IMG/VR virus record: IMGVR_UViG_3300046808_001087
DNA: 20,000 nt
Source: an uncultured virus (IMG/VR IMGVR_UViG_3300046808_001087)
Taxonomy: Duplodnaviria; Heunggongvirae; Uroviricota; Caudoviricetes
Direction: 5' to 3' (one strand)
The notes beneath the pieces are model-generated. The model searched no databases, was not told the origin of the DNA, and worked only from the letters and a program-made list of their open reading frames with translations. The stretch's first letter is position 1, and each line of letters opens with the position of its first letter. Shown here one piece after another: positions 16,887 to 20,000 of the stretch. A program made the translations under genes and the position numbers.

Positions 16887-18827
16887 ATGAATCTTACAGT
16901 AGGTTTTTCAACAAGGGTTCATAACCCTCAATTTGTTGAATATTTGAAGAAAAGTTCGGGGTTCAAAGGTGTTGAGGTTATTGAAAAAGTAAATAATGGT
17001 GAAAAGTCCTTGAGTCAAGTTTACAACGAAATTTTAAAAGAGTCATCTAACGACATTGTCGTTTTATGTCATGACGACATATACTTTGACACTACTTCTT
17101 GGTACCATAAATTAATTAAACATTTTGAAAAAAATGAATATGGTATCTTGGGTATGGCAGGAACTACCTATATGCCCAAAAGTGGTAAATGGTGGGAAGA
17201 CAGAAAAAAAATGTTCGGTATAGTAAACCACGAGCACGAAGGTAAGAAGTGGGAATCTAAGTATTCCTCAGGGTTTGGTAACAATATAAAAGAATGTGTT
17301 GTTATTGATGGTCTTTTTATTGCAATAGATAAAAGAAAAATAAAAAAAGAATTTGACGAGACTGTAACAGGATTTCACTTTTATGATATTGAATTTTGTT
17401 TTCAAAATTTTTTGGAGGGAGTAAAAATCGGCGTAATAACAAATGTGAGAATTACCCATAAATCTATAGGGATAACAAACCAGCAGTGGGAGGACAATAG
17501 AGAAATATTCTCCAAAAAATTTCAGTCAGAGCTACCAAAATATCTTTTGAGGGATAAAGACGAGAGACTCAAAATACTAATCTCAGCGTCTCAACAATTT
17601 ATTAATCCGACAGAACTAAAACTTTTAGTACAAAAGTGTTTTGAATATAATTGGGAGGTCGGCATTATAACAGACAATGAAAAAATTGTTAGGGGATATC
17701 TTTCAAAGTATAATATAAATTATTATTCCCCTAATAATCCACCAGGTTATAAAGTTGGTGATGGTAGATGGTCTCTAAATACACCTGAAGGGATTAAGGT
17801 TTCTCAACCAAATATGTTGTATAAAGTCAGTCAACTTAATCAGGATTTGATTGTAGTTCTAAATAACCTCGATACAGTACAATTATGTAAACTTTACTCG
17901 GACATACCTAAAATTATTGTATCTGAAAATAAAGTATTATTGTCTCATAATTCTTTGAAGAGTTTGGTATCGGTTAATCATTTCAATAAAGACATTATAT
18001 TTGATTGCTTGGATAATGAATATCAAAAATCATATAAACAAAAAGTTAAAATAGTTTCAGGATATAGTGAAAAGGGCGGTTCCACGGTTGCACAGATAAA
18101 CCTAACCAATTTCTTAAACGATAATGGTTATGACTGCACTTTTTATGGGCCTAGCGAATATCATATAGATAAATGTAAATCAGCGTTTACGAGTGAACTT
18201 AAGTTTGACAGCGATGACATACTACTATGTCATGTGATGGATTTCAAAGAAAGACCACCAGTAAAAAAAGTAATATACTGCTCACACGAAAAATGGTGGT
18301 ACGACTTTTCAAAAGTGTTTTGGTATTGGGACGAAGCGGTCTTTTTACATCAACAGCATAAAGATTTTCATCAAAATTACACAGGTAATTACTCAATAAT
18401 TCCAAATATAAAAGAAAACCTTACTTCAAAAAGTAAACCTGAATTGGACTTAGTTGCGGGAATTATTGGTACGATAGAAGATAGGAAACAAACACACATA
18501 TCAATTGACAGAGCATTGGCAGATGGATGTGAAAAAGTATTATTATATGGACAAATAGGCGATAAACAGTATTTTGAAAAGTATGTGGAACCTAAAATAG
18601 ACGATAATAAAGTTATCTTAGTTGGACATAGTACAGATAAACAGTCAATGTACAATTCAGTAGGAAGAGTTTACCATTCATCAAAGGGTGAGGTGGCTTG
18701 TTTGGTTAAAGATGAATGTTATTTGACAGGAACTAAGTTTTTTGGAAACCAAGAAACAGAAAACGAAGTATCGACATTATCTAATGAAGAAACACTTAAA
18801 CTTTGGGAAAAAATTTTTAAAAAATGA
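16887..18827 (+). CDS. Multi-domain glycosyltransferase: GT2-like (GT-A) N-terminus plus degenerate GT-B/GT4-like C-terminus, 646 aa
   Basis: SLSQVYNEIL....DIVVLCHDD, GILGMAG, VVIDGLFIA and FDE...GFHFYDIEFC...ITHKSIG are GT2-like. GGSTVAQINL, IIPNI and GIIGTIEDRKQTH are GT-B-like. Confidence 0.75.
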   Translation: MNLTVGFSTRVHNPQFVEYLKKSSGFKGVEVIEKVNNGEKSLSQVYNEILKESSNDIVVLCHDDIYFDTTSWYHKLIKHFEKNEYGILGMAGTTYMPKSGKWWEDRKKMFGIVNHEHEGKKWESKYSSGFGNNIKECVVIDGLFIAIDKRKIKKEFDETVTGFHFYDIEFCFQNFLEGVKIGVITNVRITHKSIGITNQQWEDNREIFSKKFQSELPKYLLRDKDERLKILISASQQFINPTELKLLVQKCFEYNWEVGIITDNEKIVRGYLSKYNINYYSPNNPPGYKVGDGRWSLNTPEGIKVSQPNMLYKVSQLNQDLIVVLNNLDTVQLCKLYSDIPKIIVSENKVLLSHNSLKSLVSVNHFNKDIIFDCLDNEYQKSYKQKVKIVSGYSEKGGSTVAQINLTNFLNDNGYDCTFYGPSEYHIDKCKSAFTSELKFDSDDILLCHVMDFKERPPVKKVIYCSHEKWWYDFSKVFWYWDEAVFLHQQHKDFHQNYTGNYSIIPNIKENLTSKSKPELDLVAGIIGTIEDRKQTHISIDRALADGCEKVLLYGQIGDKQYFEKYVEPKIDDNKVILVGHSTDKQSMYNSVGRVYHSSKGEVACLVKDECYLTGTKFFGNQETENEVSTLSNEETLKLWEKIFKK

Positions 18828-19573
18828 AAACTTTATTGAATTTTATATTCATACATGACCAAGATATTTTGCTAGATTTTATTGAAAAAAACAGGTTCCA
18901 AACATTGGAAAGTTTTAGATATGTTTTTTTGGGGAATAGACCTTACGATAAAATAGAACATTTAGAGAATGTTATAATTGCTCGAAATTTGGAACATAAC
19001 ATAGAACATTTACCAAAGTTAACATCGTTTACTGGATGGTATGCACTATATAAAAATGGTTACTTGGACTCAGAATTTGTAAATTTGTTCGAATATGACA
19101 TTCACTATGTTCCTGAATTCCCCGAGATAAATAAGGAAATGTTAAAAAAAGATTTCGATTTCGTGGGGTATTTTCCGATGTACGTAAGTGATGTTGTTTA
19201 TTTGACTCAAACTCAATATACAAAAGAACTTGTAGAATCTATTGAAAAAAAGTTTGGTTACAACATTGCGGAATATATTCACGAATTAGAAAAATCTAAT
19301 CCTCAAATGTTGTGGAGTTCTTCGAGCAACTCAACGTGGAGAACTGATATTTTAAAAAACTATATTGATTGGTTTTCAAATTTTATTGATGATATCAGTC
19401 AGAGCCAATATTGTGGTCACATGCATGAAAGGTCACTGAGTTTCTACTACTTCAAAGAAAACCTTAAAGTATTTCTAACTAGAAACTTGATGATACATGT
19501 TCAGTTGAACTCTCATGGTACATCTCCACTTCCACCTGAAAGGGCTAAAATGCTATACGACTATTTAAAATGA
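18824..19573 (+). CDS. Putative GT-A-like glycosyltransferase or glycan-modifying protein, 249 aa
   Basis: FTGWYALYKN, VNLFEYDI and GHMHERSLSFY (an 'ER' motif common in GT-A-like proteins). ATGA-coupled on both sides within a GT operon. Confidence 0.45.
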   Translation: MKTLLNFIFIHDQDILLDFIEKNRFQTLESFRYVFLGNRPYDKIEHLENVIIARNLEHNIEHLPKLTSFTGWYALYKNGYLDSEFVNLFEYDIHYVPEFPEINKEMLKKDFDFVGYFPMYVSDVVYLTQTQYTKELVESIEKKFGYNIAEYIHELEKSNPQMLWSSSSNSTWRTDILKNYIDWFSNFIDDISQSQYCGHMHERSLSFYYFKENLKVFLTRNLMIHVQLNSHGTSPLPPERAKMLYDYLK

Positions 19574-20000
19574 ATAAGATTGCTTTTTTATTTCTCACAC
19601 AAAAAGAATTAACACAAGAAAAAATATGGGTAGATTTTTTTGATTCTGCGGATAAAGAAAAATATAATTTGTATTTTCATACAAAACCAAATTTTAAACA
19701 TAAAAAATTTTCGCAATATCAAATTGATTCGATTGAAACAAAGTGGGGAACATTTAGTTTAGTAGAGGCTCAACAAATACTTTTAAATGAGGCACTAAAG
19801 GACGAAAGTAATAAACATTTTATTTTTGTTTCAGAAAGTACAATACCAATATGTAGCTTTGAAGAATTGTATTCATTTTTTTCTGATAAGGAAAAATTTT
19901 CAATCATAAGTTATGAGCACTGTGTTTCATCGTACTTCTTACCAAGATTCAGAATGATTAAAAATATTTACAATTGGACAATAGAACAATGGCATATAAG
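19570..20000 (+). CDS. GT14/core-2/I-branching (DUF266-like) glycosyltransferase, truncated by the window end
   Basis: Not in the ORF track; translated by hand: MNKIAFLFLTQ...IWVDFF...YNLYFH...TKWGTFSLVEAQQILLNEALKDESNKHFIFVSESTIPICSFEELY.... This matches the Branch-family signature KIAFLFL / WG..S.V.A...LL..AL / F..SES.IP. Confidence 0.8.
   Translation, partial: MNKIAFLFLTQKELTQEKIWVDFFDSADKEKYNLYFHTKPNFKHKKFSQYQIDSIETKWGTFSLVEAQQILLNEALKDESNKHFIFVSESTIPICSFEELYSFFSDKEKFSIISYEHCVSSYFLPRFRMIKNIYNWTIEQWHI

Noticed and set aside
873..19223. About 20 short ORFs of 60-136 aa overlapping the long genes (e.g. 6797-7207, 9818-10207, 12235-12582, 14610-14906)
   Set aside because: They lie antisense or out of frame within well-supported CDSs and carry no recognisable motifs.
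1..20000. Stop-codon reassignment (TAG), as in some large phages
   Set aside because: All 18 complete genes end in TAA or TGA, but they are intact and tightly packed under code 11. No gene needs TAG read-through.
1..20000. Eukaryotic giant virus (NCLDV) or bacterial LPS/capsule locus
   Set aside because: Coupled operons, a Rho-independent terminator, WYL and BppU-like genes favour a bacteriophage. No wzx/wzy/ABC export or priming transferase is visible. This is not formally excluded without hallmark capsid or terminase genes.

Overview
AT-rich, densely coded window that best fits a large (jumbo-type) dsDNA bacteriophage, probably of a Bacteroidetes-like host. Support: ATGA/TAATG-coupled operons, SD-less A-rich leaders, an intrinsic terminator, the 5' end of a family B DNA polymerase, a PolB-type exonuclease, dUTPase, a stand-alone WYL protein, and BppU-like and LamG virion-type proteins. 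Two arms diverge from a 49-bp intergenic region at 11770-11818. The left arm (minus strand) starts with a 1151-aa LamG/Cys-rich protein carrying a 156-aa Pro/Thr mucin-like stalk. It continues with GT60-like, NAD-dependent epimerase, GT31-like, GT34 plus sugar O-methyltransferase, GT-like plus lectin, and HtrL plus GT2-like genes, then a BppU-like gene and PolB. The right arm has five small genes including WYL, then GT4-like, exonuclease, dUTPase, GT2/GT4-like, a further GT-like gene and a truncated GT14 (core-2/I-branching)-like gene. The main hypothesis is a phage-encoded, eukaryote-like mucin-type O-glycosylation pathway next to its probable virion substrate. That substrate has a strongly enriched [S/T]-G-x-T motif. 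TATTTAT late-promoter-like motifs sit inside inverted repeats. Family assignments come from motif recognition by eye; no database searches were run.
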